NCBI GenBank assembly: GCA_009103225.1
Contig: RHPI01002411.1
Location: 1 to 64,000, forward strand
DNA length: 64,000 nt
Source: Chlorokybus atmophyticus
Lineage: Eukaryota; Plantae; Mesostigma and Chlorokybus algae
Direction: 5' to 3'
Below the pieces are notes generated by a model. It did not search any database. It worked only from the letters and a program-made list of their open reading frames with translations, and was not told the origin of the DNA. Of this stretch, positions 13,105 to 24,700 are shown one piece after another; position 1 is the first letter of the stretch; each line of letters starts with the position of its first letter. The translations under genes were made by a program, and so were the position numbers.

Positions 13105-13528
13105 TGTTGAGAGTATTCCTACATACGATCAGCATCGACCCTCCACACAGGAGTAGAAGGTCGTAAGGACGAGCACTAGGTCCGGACTTAGCAAGATGGC
13201 ATCGTCGGACCAGACTCCGGACTCCAGACTGGAGCCTTACTAACTGCTTCGTATCTCCGCGTATACTTACTCATATTAGGCGTGTAAGAGCTTGTTGGAA
13301 AGCTCTGGTTGTAAGAAAGACAACGCAGCTTAGAGCGCGTCAAAAGGCTGAGTATAGCTTACGCAGTGCTTGCAAACGTAGACGTGTGTGTAACTGGCTG
13401 GTATAAGAACCAGCGGACAACTTGTAATAGATGAATGTGATGTGACTTGTGTATGCTCTGGTGGCGGTAGCTCTGTCTCTGTGTATCTATGCTTGCCTCA
13501 ACTACATGTGCATGCTAGTCCTTCAACA
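13105..13528 (+). repeat. Copia family A LTR (central, shared)
   Basis: 424 bp, preceded by PPT and followed by PBS. Confidence 0.95.
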
Positions 13529-13655
13529 GGTTATGGGCCCACACTACGCTTGAGGAGTGTGAGACTAGCTTGTGTGCATAGTAGTTCTACACTACGGTAG
13601 CTTGTTGGTAGCAGAGCCTTGGGTGTCAACTGCAAGAAAGGCAGGCTCGACAGAA

Positions 13656-16600
13656 ATGGAGGCGACCTACGACAAGGGGCAGATTGCAAAGCTGGACACC
13701 GACAACTACAACACATGGTGCGTGGAGATGAAGGCCTTGCTCATCCACAAGAAGGTGTGGAAGTACGTTGATCCGAAGGCACCACCACCAACACCAGGAG
13801 CGAACACTGTGTGGTCAGAGCATTCAGCAGAAGCACACTCTTTGCTTGTGTTGAACAGCAAACCGCATCACTTTCCCATGCTCACTGCATGTGAAGATGG
13901 TAGACAAGCTTGGGAAAAGCTATCAGCCGTTTTCAGAGCCAAGAACAATGCCAGAAAGTTGCATCTACGCAAGCAGCTCAGCGCACTCAGGAAGGAGGCA
14001 GCAGAACCCATCACAAAGTATGTTGCGCGCGCGAGAGAGCTGTGGGCGGACCTCATCAACGTCGGCCACAACATGGGGGAGACGGAGGTAGTGCTGGCCA
14101 TTGTTGCAGGGCTACCAGCAGAGTACGAGGTCGTCGCAACCCTGCTGGAGACGTCATCATCGGAGTTGACGTTGGACGATGTGCTACCGAAGCTGCTCAC
14201 CGTGGAGCAGAGGGTTGTGAAGAAGGACGAGCAAGCGGATGCCGTCGCCTTCTACACCGGCAAGCACGCAAAGAAGAGCAACCATGAAGAGAAGTACAAG
14301 GGCAACAAGCCAGGCAATCCTCGTCACAAAGACCTCACATGCCACTGGTGTGGTTGGAAGGGGCACATTGTGAAGGACTGTAGGAAGAAACAACAGGGGC
14401 AACCTAGAGCAAGCACCAGCAACAGCGGCAACGAGCACCAACACAAGGAGAAACATGTCGCCTTCACTGCATCCAGTTCGAGGGCGGGCACAGCTTTCTG
14501 GGTGGTGGACTCTGGCTGCGATCGTCATCTCACACCAAACAAGGAGGTGATGGAGGGCTACAGGAAGCTGACGTCCACAATCAAGGTGGCGGGCTTCGGT
14601 GGCGAAGTACTGGTGGCTGAGGGAGTTGGCAACGTACGACTCCAGTGCAAGGTTGGTAACACACTACGCGAGGTGTTGTTACGCAACGTCCTGCATGTTC
14701 CTAAGGCTATTGCGAGTCTATTCTCTGTGAGGGTTGCGGAGCGCTTAGGCGCGGAGATCCTATTTCGGAAGGGTGGCTGCTCAGTCATCCTTGATGGGGT
14801 CGTGCACATGGTTGGAATCGCTGATCCGGGAGGGCTCTACCACGTGGAGCAGCCTCAAGACAGAGACATTCAAGCCATGGTGGTGAAGGACAAGGAGTCG
14901 CCAACATTGTGGCATCGGAGGTTCGGGCATCTCAGCTACGTCAACCTCACTCGCCTTGTCGCTGAGAAGATGGTCAAGGGCATCCATCTCAGCACAGAAG
15001 AACTCAAGACAGCATCAGGTGCACTTTGTGAACCATGCCTGGTTGCAAAGCAGCATGCTATGCCATTCCCATCATCCTCTTCTAGCAGTCAGCATCCTTG
15101 CGAGCTTGTGCACATGGATGTCTGTGGCCCTATGCGCATTGTGGCGAAGGGAGGGGCCAGGTACTTTGCTACGTTCCTCGACGACTACAGCAAGCTGTCC
15201 ATCATCTTTCCATTGACGCTCAAGTCAGAAGTTGCTGGAGCTGTGCGCACAGTTGTGGCCTTGTTGGAGACCCAGTCTGGCAACAAGATGAAGGCAATGA
15301 GGAGTGATCGAGGAGGGGAGTACATCAACAAGGAGTTGAAGGAGTTCTTCGCCAGCAAGGGCATACGCCACGAGACAACGGCACCCTACACCCCGCAGCA
15401 GAATGGAGCAGCTGAACGCCTCAACAGGACACTCTTGGAGCGTGTTCGAGCCATGCTCAACGACACAAAGATGGAAGACAGTTTGTGGAAGGAGGCGGTA
15501 CTCACTGCCAACTACATCCGCAACAGGTCTCCGGTGAGCTCAGAGCAGAAGACTCCGTGGGAGCACTTCTATGGAGCCACACCAGATGTGAGTGGTATGC
15601 GTGTGTTTGGATGCACGGCATATGCACTAGTGCCTAAACAGCTCAGGCACAAGCTGGAGCCGGTCAGCAAGAAGGGCATCTTCGTTGGCTATGAACCGGG
15701 TTCCAAGGCTTACAGGATCTTGCTCGAGGACACTCAGAAGATCATCGTGAGCAGAGAGGTGGTTTTCCACGAGGGATTATCACAACCAGAAGCAGGCTTC
15801 TTTCCTGAAGATGAAGCACAGCCGGAGCATCCTGAAACAGTGGAGGCTACAGGCAAGGCCATCATCGACGATAAGGGTGAGCAGGACTCCACTGTAGCAG
15901 ACAAGCAGTCGCACCTGCAGCAGGAGCACGCAGCTCGGAGATACCCAGTGAGGGAGAGAAAGGCACCTGACTTCCTACACAAGGCACACGTCGCCAGTGT
16001 GCAGCATGAGGAGCCAAGCACCTACGAGGAGGCATTGTTAGCACCAGATGCGGAGCAATGGCAGCGTGCTATGGACGAGGAGATTGCGTCACTCCATGCC
16101 AACAACACTTGGTCACTGGAGCAGTTACCGCAAGGAGTGAAGACCATTCCAGTGAAATGGGTCTTCAAGGTGAAGCGTGATGGTCAGGGCAACATTGAGC
16201 GCTACAAGGCAAGACTGGTGGCAAAGGGCTTCTTGCAGCAGGAAGGTGTGGACTTCAACGAAGTGTTTGCACCTGCAAGTAAGCATACCACCTTCCGTGC
16301 ACTGCTAGCTATGGTTGCTGCTGAAGACCTAGAGCTGCATCACCTGGATGTGAAGACTGCCTTCCTCTACGGAGAGCTGGAGGAGGAGATCTTCATCGAG
16401 CAACCACCTGGATATGAAGAAGGGGAGAGAGGCACAGCGTGCAAGCTGATCAAGGCACTATACGGGCTGCGACATGCACCGCGTATGTGGCACATCAAGC
16501 TCACCAAGGAGCTGGAGGCACTTGGCTACACTGCATCCTCTGCAGACCCTGGGCTCTTCATCCATGCAGACAACAAGGTCTGGCTGCTTGTGTATGTTGA

Positions 16601-17540
16601 TGATATCATCATCACCGCCAGGCAGGTGCACCACCTGCAGGAGAAACTTGCTTTGCAGCAAGCATTCTCAGTTCGTGATCTTGGAGAGGCCAAGTGGTTC
16701 CTTGGCATGGTGATTGAGCGCGACAGGGCGGCTCGCACAATCAAGATCAGTCAGGAGCAGATGGTGAGAAGACTCGTCACCAAGTTTGGGCTCACTGAAG
16801 CGAAGACCAAGACCACACCGTTGGCACTTGGCACTGCCCTCATCAAGGCAAAGGATGAGGAGGTACTCGACAAGGCTCAGTATCCATATGGTGAGCTGGT
16901 AGGCAGCATGCTCTATCTGGCAGTGTGCACACGTCCCGATGTTGCACATGCTGTGGGAGTACTTGCTCGCTACATGTCTGCACCGAGCATGGAGCACTGG
17001 AGAGCAGCAAAGGGAGTACTACGCTATGTTGCTGGGAGCGCAACAGTTGGCATCAAGTTTGGGAGCGGGAGCACTGAGTTGGAGGGCTACTGCGACTCGG
17101 ACTTTGCTGGTGACCTCAACAGCAGGAGGTCCACTACAGGCTACGTCTTCAAGCTGAACGGAGGCGTGGTGAGCTGGAACAGCAGGCTGCAGCCAACAAC
17201 AGCAGCATCTACATCAGAGGCTGAGTACATGGCAGCGGCAGCAGCAGTGAAGGAGGCACTCTGGCTTCGCAAGCTCATGGCAGACTTGGAGCACCCCATG
17301 GCGTGCATCGTCATCAACTGTGACAACCAAGGAGCCATCAAGTTGTTGAAGCACCCTATCGCCTCGGCAAGGACGAAGCACATTGATGTCATGCATCACT
17401 TTGTGCGTGACAGAGTCACAAGGAAGGAGGTGGAGTTCCAGTACTGCAACACCGAGGGCATGCTGGCGGACTTCATGACAAAGCCATTGTCACCACTCAA
17501 GTTCAAGACTTGTTGTGCAGGACTTGGCATCTGTGTTTGA
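13656..17540 (+). CDS. Intact Ty1/Copia gag-pol polyprotein (~1294 aa from ATG 13656)
   Basis: Gag, CCHC knuckle CHWCGWKGHIVKDC, protease WVVDSGC, integrase, RT YVDD and RNase H in Copia order; no stops. Confidence 0.97.
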   Translation: MEATYDKGQIAKLDTDNYNTWCVEMKALLIHKKVWKYVDPKAPPPTPGANTVWSEHSAEAHSLLVLNSKPHHFPMLTACEDGRQAWEKLSAVFRAKNNARKLHLRKQLSALRKEAAEPITKYVARARELWADLINVGHNMGETEVVLAIVAGLPAEYEVVATLLETSSSELTLDDVLPKLLTVEQRVVKKDEQADAVAFYTGKHAKKSNHEEKYKGNKPGNPRHKDLTCHWCGWKGHIVKDCRKKQQGQPRASTSNSGNEHQHKEKHVAFTASSSRAGTAFWVVDSGCDRHLTPNKEVMEGYRKLTSTIKVAGFGGEVLVAEGVGNVRLQCKVGNTLREVLLRNVLHVPKAIASLFSVRVAERLGAEILFRKGGCSVILDGVVHMVGIADPGGLYHVEQPQDRDIQAMVVKDKESPTLWHRRFGHLSYVNLTRLVAEKMVKGIHLSTEELKTASGALCEPCLVAKQHAMPFPSSSSSSQHPCELVHMDVCGPMRIVAKGGARYFATFLDDYSKLSIIFPLTLKSEVAGAVRTVVALLETQSGNKMKAMRSDRGGEYINKELKEFFASKGIRHETTAPYTPQQNGAAERLNRTLLERVRAMLNDTKMEDSLWKEAVLTANYIRNRSPVSSEQKTPWEHFYGATPDVSGMRVFGCTAYALVPKQLRHKLEPVSKKGIFVGYEPGSKAYRILLEDTQKIIVSREVVFHEGLSQPEAGFFPEDEAQPEHPETVEATGKAIIDDKGEQDSTVADKQSHLQQEHAARRYPVRERKAPDFLHKAHVASVQHEEPSTYEEALLAPDAEQWQRAMDEEIASLHANNTWSLEQLPQGVKTIPVKWVFKVKRDGQGNIERYKARLVAKGFLQQEGVDFNEVFAPASKHTTFRALLAMVAAEDLELHHLDVKTAFLYGELEEEIFIEQPPGYEEGERGTACKLIKALYGLRHAPRMWHIKLTKELEALGYTASSADPGLFIHADNKVWLLVYVDDIIITARQVHHLQEKLALQQAFSVRDLGEAKWFLGMVIERDRAARTIKISQEQMVRRLVTKFGLTEAKTKTTPLALGTALIKAKDEEVLDKAQYPYGELVGSMLYLAVCTRPDVAHAVGVLARYMSAPSMEHWRAAKGVLRYVAGSATVGIKFGSGSTELEGYCDSDFAGDLNSRRSTTGYVFKLNGGVVSWNSRLQPTTAASTSEAEYMAAAAAVKEALWLRKLMADLEHPMACIVINCDNQGAIKLLKHPIASARTKHIDVMHHFVRDRVTRKEVEFQYCNTEGMLADFMTKPLSPLKFKTCCAGLGICV

Positions 17541-17582
17541 CTACAGGAGCAAGCGTTGGAGGTCAAGCTGCTCGCGTGGGAG

Positions 17583-18006
17583 TGTTGAGAGTATTCCTAC
17601 ATACGATCAGCATCGACCCTCCACACAGGAGTAGAAGGTCGTAAGGACGAGCACTAGGTCCGGACTTAGCAAGATGGCATCGTCGGACCAGACTCCGGAC
17701 TCCAGACTGGAGCTTTACTAACTGCTTTGTATCTCCACGTATACTGACTCATATAAGGCGTGTAAGAGCTTGTTGGAAAGCTCTGGTTGTAAGAAAGACA
17801 ACGCAGCTTAGAGCGCGTCAAAAGACTGAGTATAGCTTACGCAGTGCTTGCAAACGTAGACGTGTGTGTAACTGGCTGGTATAAGAACCAGCAAACAACT
17901 TGTAATAGATGAATGTGATGTGACTTGTGTATGCTCTGGTGGCGGTAGCTCTGTCCGTGTGTATCTATGCTTGCCTCAACTACATGTGCATGCTAGTCCT
18001 TCAACA
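17583..18006 (+). repeat. Copia family A LTR (3')
   Basis: 424 bp, followed by TSD AACGA. Confidence 0.95.
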
Positions 18007-19781
18007 AACGAAGCACTGAGGCCCCTCAATACCGTCCGCCGTCATCAGCGCTACACCGCGCTGGAACAGGCATTCACCTGGCGACAGGATCAAGCAGCAG
18101 CAATCGATGCAAGAACGCACGCCCTTGCCGAGACTTGCGCTGGCGTTCTTCAGCCGACAGTCGCTGGCCCATCATCAAGCACAACACCTCTCGTCGGTGG
18201 GCCCAATAATGACCAGACGAGGGTGCTGGCCCAATAAACCAGGGGGGTGATCGCCCCGCTGCTACCCGCCTTGTTGGAAGACTTGCCTGAGGATCAACGG
18301 GATCCAGGGAGAGGCTACCTCACACCGTAAGGGTCGACACAACGAGATGGAGCAGGTTCAATCAGGGAACAGCAACTACGGACTGCCCTGTTGCAACAAG
18401 CAACCATGCTGCACCGACAAGAAGGCATCGGCCTGAGACGGATGCTGGGGATGCGAGAAGGTGGCAATGCTCGATCAAGACTAGTAACTTGGTTAGTCAC
18501 CAATCACCCCGCAGTCCCCCTGTTCGCCTTCAGCATCAGATTGGTCTGGTTAGACGCCTTCCTGCGCTCACTACGGCAAGCCTATGACGAGGTTGCCTCG
18601 ACAGCCACTGACACCTTAGATGGAGTACAAGAGGCCATACTGAGGTTGCCAGGGGTGGAAGCAGCGCAACAACGCAGACGCATCGCAGCTGCCTACGAGC
18701 AGCATGTCCAACAGCCAGAGATTTCCCTCACTGTGCGGGCGCGAGCAACAACGGTGTTGGAGGTGGGAGTGGTTAACGGCAGATGGGATGCCTACGTGGC
18801 AGGGATCCTAAGAATCCCCACCATCACTCACGACATAAGAGCGCGGCTTCTGCGCGCAGTGTATCTCTAGCCCATGCCTTAGAAATACCGCTGGAGTGAC
18901 GTGATCAACAATCCAACAGCAACATGGGAAGGTACATTGGTCAGGGAGGCAGCTCATGCAGTACGCTGGACTTATGTGGAAGAACAAGCCGCACGGGAGG
19001 CGGGCCCACAAACACCCGGTCCTCCAGGGCTTCCCCAACAGCCACTGGCCACGCCGCCAGGAATGACCCTGGCCACATGGAGACGCAATCCCCCGACGCC
19101 ACCACCAGGACAGCCGCAGGCAGCACCGCCGGCACCCAGACCACAGCGTGTTTATTAACAGCCAAGGCAAGGACGGTTCGGGCCAGGCCGCGGTCAAGGA
19201 AGTGCGCAAGACCCAGCTGGGCGTGGGGCGCTTGCCGCACTGCGCTTGACACCACCGGAAGAGACTGCAGCAGCAGATACCCCACGCACCCGCTACCGAC
19301 GATGCAAGCGATTGCGCATCCACGCCAATGCGGCCATGATCGCCAACCAAGGCAAGAATGTCACGATCAGGACTTCGCAAAGATTGCGCGACCCCTCAAC
19401 GAGCTCCTGAAGAAGGAGGTGGAGTTTGCGTGGAAGGGGCCACAAAGTTGGGAGCATGCTCTACTTGGCAGTGTGCACAAAATGTCGGGTCGGGCAGGGT
19501 CGTGTGCCTCTCCGGGTCGATCCCAACTGTATTGTCATGACAGGGAATGAGGCCAGCCTGGTGGGCTGTCGATTGTGTAGCTGCACAGTGCGGGAGGCAA
19601 AGGATACCCCCCTGCATGTACCTACTTGTGGGGATAACACATATGATGTTAATGACATGTGATACGATGTGGTGCTGCATGCTCTGAGTAATGCACTGCG
19701 TTGCTGACAATGGTAACAAGAGCAAGTCAACAAGCCACCCCTCCTGTGAACTTGGGAAGCCTCTGTTCCATTGAGCAGCCT

Positions 19782-20030
19782 TCAGCGGGAATGAGGAGGA
19801 CCATGGATACGACAGTCCTCACACCAATATGCCTCCAGGGGCACAGTGTCCTTTGGTGGGTCGAGGCAGTAGCAGTGCATACCGTTGTTGCACCCATCGC
19901 ACAACATCATGAGTGCGTCATTGTCGGCACTACCGCACTTCTCGCAACGCTTGCTGCAATCGGGTCGAGGGTGCTGAACGATGTCGAAGCCTGCAACGTG
20001 TGGCAGGTGGCATGGAGAACAAGTCTCCAT
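19782..20030 (-). pseudogene. PHD finger at the integrase C-terminus
   Basis: CEKC...LMMLCDGCNNGMHCYCLDPP...YWCEDC = C4HC3 pattern. Confidence 0.92.
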
Positions 20031-20075
20031 GTTGTCCTTGAGACGTTTGCCGTCGTTGCCGAGTAAGTCCAGAAC

Positions 20076-21223
20076 TCAAGAAGGGAGCACCTTTAGGACT
20101 TTGTAGACGACGCGTTTGACACTTATGTCAAGGGTGTCTTTGGTCTGGGTCATATGGTAAACGTAGTCGCCCGCCTCGAAGCGGCGGATGCGCTGCTTGT
20201 AGAACCCACTGCGGACGCGTTCGTAGCGCAGAATGTCCCGGTGCTGAGCAATGCGGAGGTTGCCCATGGTCATGGGGATGACGTGCGCGAACAGGTAGGC
20301 GCGCTGCTGCATGTCGTGCAGCATAGCCACATGGTCGTCGAGGTTGTCCAGCACGCGTTCTACTTCCTTTTGAGCGCGGAAGGGGATTAAGGGTTCTCTC
20401 TGCCAAACAGCAGCTGGTATGGGCTGTACATGCGCAAGGAAGCCTGTTTGAAAAGCTGATAGCCTAGTGCAATCCAGGGGAGGTAGTCATCCCAGGTGCG
20501 TTTCTCGTCGTCGATGACGTACTTGCGCAAGGCCTTCCTGATGGTCTGGACAGTACGCTCCGCCAGTCCATCTGCCTGCGGATGGTCACGAGAGGTCCGC
20601 CGGTGGTTGATGTAGGAGCGATCTAGCAAGGTGTCGAATTCGCCGCGGAATTCTGCCCCTTGGTCGGTAATGACTTCAGCACATGAGCCGAAGCGATTGA
20701 GCACATGGTCAAGGAACGCCTGAGCGGTTCCCCTGCTGCTTTTGTCGGGAAGGGGGACCAGCTCAACCCACTTGGACAAGTGTTCGATTATGACGAGGAT
20801 GTACTTGTTGCGACGAGTTGCGGGTGCCAAATCTCCAAGGATGTTCAGTCCCCACCGGTAGAACATGCCGGCTATAGGCAGCGGATGAAGCATGCTAGTA
20901 CGGGTGTTGAGGCTGGCACGCACAAGGTCGCAATGCGCGCAGCTTGCGACAAGAGTGCGAACCTGGGTGTGCATGCCATGCCACCAGTATTGGGCACTCA
21001 CCAAGCTGTCGGTGCGCTTGACACCGAAATGACCCAGCTCCGTGTGGAGTGCAGAGATGATGCCCTCGCGACGGTGCAGCGCCGGAACCTCTTTGTCATG
21101 GATGTGGACACGCCGGAAGACGAGTCCATCCTCCCATCGGTAGTTCTGACAGCGCTGACTGACGCGATCCCGTTCACGCGCGCTCAGTCCTGCTATGTGC
21201 TGTCCATGCTGTAGGTAGGCCAT
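20076..21223 (-). pseudogene. Gypsy integrase (H2C2 zinc-binding, rve core, FEAGDYVY tail)
   Basis: HTELGHFG...YWW...CAHC; IIEHLSKWVE; ITDQGAEF; HPQADGLAER. Confidence 0.93.
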
Positions 21224-21364
21224 AGAATTCTTGTCCAGCCAGATGTCTTGACGTAGATCCGCCGCTGGGAGTTAAGCATTATCGGGTGTGGCCTGCTCAG
21301 ATGTGTCAGTGTCGACAGGGATGAGCGCTGGCATATCGTCCAATACTGGCATCGTCGGAGCTGC

Positions 21365-21930
21365 TCATGTGATGGTGTCTCGTCTAGAGTGTAGTGCAGC
21401 GACGGCAAGCATGGTGGCCACCTGTGGTGGTGCCAACGGACCCAAGTCATGGCGGGCACCGGTGGCGTCGTTGGTGGAGAGGTGGGGTTTGCGGCTAAGG
21501 CCATCCGCGTCCTGGTTGGCCAGGCCTGCCCGATGGGTGATCTCGAAGTCGTACTCCTGTAGCAGCAAGGCCCACCTGGCCAACTTGCCCGTAAGGTGTT
21601 GATTGGTCTTGAGTCAGCGCAGCGGCTGGTGGTCGGTGATCAGCGAGAACTGTCTCCCGAACAGGAAGGGTCTGAAGAAGGAGATGGCCCATACAGCGGC
21701 AAGGGACTCGCCCTCGTAACTGCTGTAGTTGGCTTCAGCACTGTTGTTGCTGCGGCTGGCGTAGGACACCACCCGTTCCTTCTTGTTATCGTCGAGCTGG
21801 ACCAAGACAGCACCCATGCCGAGTTTGCTCCAGTCGGTGTGGAAACAAAGGGCTTGGTGTAGTCTGGTCGCTGCAGAATGGGGGCTGATGTGAGCCTGTG
21901 CTTCAGCTCCTCGAACGCCTGTTGCTGGGC
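21365..21930 (-). pseudogene. Gypsy RNase H
   Basis: HTDWSKLGMGAVL, YASRSNNSAEANYSSYEGE, ITDHQPL, RWALLLQEYDFEITHRAG. Confidence 0.93.
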
Positions 21931-21936
21931 CTCCTT

Positions 21937-22833
21937 CTAGCTCCACTCTGTCTCTTTCTTGAGGAGTTCGTTGAGGGGGCGCGCCACCTTAGCGAAGTCT
22001 TTGACGAACCTCCTGTAGTAGTTGGCGAGGCCAAGGAAGGCACGCAATCGAGTCAGATCTGTCGGGGCTGGAATAGATGCCAGAGCCTCCACCTTGGCCT
22101 GCTGAACGTATACGCCGTTGGGCACGATCATGTGGCCGAGGTAGGGGACCTTGTGGGTGAAGAAAGTGCACTTGTCGGGGTGCACAATCATCCCAACTGC
22201 CTGAACTCTTCTTGGTACCTCCTCGATGTGGAGGAGATGCTCCTCTGCGGTGTGGCTGAAGATCAGGATGTCGTCGATGTAGCACCGCGCGAAGGAGCAC
22301 CCCTTCAACGCCTTGTCCATCACGCGCTGGGACTTTGCTGGCGCGTTCTTCAGCCCGAAAGACATGACCTTCCAGTGGTACAGCTGCCGGTTGCCCCAAA
22401 ATGCCATTTTGTGCTTGTCGTCGGGCTTGATCTCGATCTGGTTGTACCCCTGCCGCATGTCCAGAATGCTGAACACGGTACACGAGCTGACGTCGTCGAA
22501 GATGCCCTCTGCGGTTGGCATTGGGTACCGATCCTGCTTGGTTTTGTTGTTGAGTGGGCGATAATCCCCACACATCCGCCGTTCTGTCCAGTTGCCCTCT
22601 GAGTCCTTCTTGAGGGGCATGACTGTGGCGGCAGCGAAGTCGGATGTGGATTCCTCGACCAGTGCCGCCTCCAGCAATGCCTTGCATCGCTGTTCCACCA
22701 AGTCTTCCTCCAACTTGGACAGCTTGTACTGTCTTCTATATACACCGGTTCTTCGTCGACGAGGTCGATGTCCATCTGGTACACTAAACACTTGCCCAAC
22801 TCCTTGACGTTGAAATTGAACTGAGCTTTCCAT
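21937..22833 (-). pseudogene. Gypsy reverse transcriptase
   Basis: RMCGDYRPLN, LDMRQGYNQI, SFGLKNAP, YIDDILIFS, YLGH, FLGLANYYRRF. Confidence 0.96.
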
Positions 22834-23069
22834 TTGTTGAGGAGCGCCTCCAACTGTTCCTTCACAGGTCCTGTAGCCAAGGGTCCCATGGCGTGGCGGT
22901 TGCCTTCACAGGGATGTCCTCCACTGTAACTGCTGCCTGCTCCTCAATGTGAGCGATCTCCATAGCGGTGTGGGCCACAACAGCGTCGAAGCGATTGACC
23001 CACCCCCCAGACAGGTGTTCGAGATCCTTGAGAAACACCTGTCGGTCTTGAATGGCGAAGTAGATTTCC

Positions 23070-24035
23070 AGTAGCCAAACCATACTGTTTTGGTCCATGG
23101 CGCGACCTAGAAGTTGCCTCTGTTGACTGTCGGTTAGCGCGCAGCTTCTGATGGTGCCCGGAAAGAAACCCATGGCGCGTTCACGCTCACGTGCATTGGG
23201 CTCTTTCAGTCGGTTCGTTGTGCGATCAAAGACCATGCCGTCCCCGCCATTTCGGGGGAAAAAAAAAGAAAAGCATAAGAGCCTGGATATGAGACCAGCG
23301 TGGGGAGTGCTCTGCGTGGTTTGCCCGGTTGATTGCACTGATGGAAGTGGGCGTGGTCGTGACGAGAAACTGGTTGCGATGTTCTGCCAGCGTCGAGGAT
23401 GTCATCCACGAACAAGTTGCTGGGACGTGAAGTGAGTAGATGCTCCGCGGCTGTCAGCTCTTCCACGGCGGCAAGGTTGGTCCACTTGGCACGGACGCAA
23501 TGTGCACGTGACCCATGCCGAGTAGCGCTCATCTTGGTTGGATGTCCAAGGATGGAGCATACCACACGATAGCTGTGCTGCACGTGGTAACGGCGATCAT
23601 CCTGAGAGTGGACGTTCTCGATGATGTACGCCAGGGGGACGCTGAATTTAATGGTGCTGCAGCAAGTGGATGACTCGCAGCAGCTCCCAGAAAAGGGTGG
23701 AGCGTGGGTCGTCTCACCCCTGTCCTGTACCGGCCCTGGAGTGACCTTGGCACTCCCATCCAGCAATCAACAGATCCACATTGCCCAAGGCAATGAGATG
23801 ATCAGCTGAGATGAGGCGGATGTTTTGAGGCAGCGCCTTAAGACTTCCACGCAATGCAGACAATGGTAGGAGGTGTGGATAACGCAAGTGCAACTGACGC
23901 AGATGATGGCGGACAGCAGTCTGAGCATGCGGATCAGGGTCACGGTAGTAATAATGTGTTACCTTGATACCGGTGTTGAGAAGTGTCGCCAAGCCGCTGC
24001 CAATCCCGCCGAACAGTTCCAGCAACGTGACTCCT
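23070..24035 (-). pseudogene. C5 DNA cytosine methyltransferase domain within pol
   Basis: Motif I LELFGGIG; IV LIAGWECQGHS; VI IIENV; VIII AHCVRAKWTNL; IX ERERAMGF; X LLGRAM, in canonical order. Stop at 23714-23716 (GQG*DDPRS) and frameshifts. Confidence 0.88.
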
Positions 24036-24329
24036 TGTTGGCGTCGTGCCGCACTGAAGTCCACGACTCCGGTAGCCACGGTGAATTGCTCCGCAAGTGC
24101 ATGTCCTCGTGGTAATCCGGGAAGCGTGTGGGAAAGGGCTTCTTGTCCAGCAACACGCGCGCATCCACCTCTGCTCTCCAACGCCGTTCTATTGGGTCTT
24201 GCAAGGCTACCTCATGGGTTGCTGTGTCCTGCGTGTCGGAGGAGGGCATGCGGGATGTGGCGACAGCTGTAGTGGTGGCTCCCATGAACCGGCGTGCACG
24301 TGTGGGCAACACCAGGTCGAGGGGGATGA

Positions 24330-24700
24330 ACCCGATGACAGAACCATCTCCGCCGCGCCAGCCGGGCTTGAACCATGCTTGCTCGGTCCAGTTGTCCATG
24401 CCGATGGCTACGAAGTAACTGAAGTCCTGCCCGATCAACAAATCATAGCTGGTGGCGTTGGTAACCACACATTGCTGGGCCAGCTGAGTGGTGTGTGTGG
24501 GGTCCAGCCCAGTCAGGGTGATGGTGAGGACTTCCTTGGTGATGCCAACAGGGCTTTTGCGTCCTCCTGTGGCGGTGTCAATCTAAAAAGGGCAGCTGTC
24601 CAGCGATGCTGCCGTGAGCCCCAAGGCTTTGGCCAAGTGTCTGCCAATGATACATGGTTGTGCCCCTCCGTCCAACATGCGTTCGGGTGCGCGTCCGTTG
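24330..24700 (-). pseudogene. Retroviral-type aspartic protease
   Basis: MLDGGAQPCIIG followed, after a break, by YDLLIGQDF. Confidence 0.8.

Larger units (their letters stand above)
8513..18006 (+). mobile_element. Tandem Ty1/Copia element: LTR-internal-LTR-internal-LTR
   Basis: Three 424-bp TG...CA LTRs (8513-8936, 13105-13528, 17583-18006); single 5-bp TSD AACGA (8508-8512, 18007-18011); PBS after LTR1 and LTR2; PPT before LTR2 and LTR3. Confidence 0.9.
6276..19450 (+). pseudogene. Ty3/Gypsy gag-pol remnant (sister of the DNMT-bearing element), split by the Copia tandem and internally deleted
   Basis: Gag-like ORF with two CCHC knuckles (CHRCGRHGH**REC, CDYCHKTGHLESVC). The frame continues through scattered stops and across the Copia insertion (GAC AAC GA|A GCA). 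LVREAAHAVRWT, RRNPP and NAAMIANQGK match the minus element (LMREAAHALYWT, RRNPP, NAVMVANQGK). It then jumps to DFAKIARPLNELLKK. Confidence 0.75.

Noticed and set aside
10475-17399. Many short antisense or alternate-frame ORFs recurring in each Copia copy
   Set aside because: Shadow ORFs of gag-pol; they recur only because the copies are near-identical.
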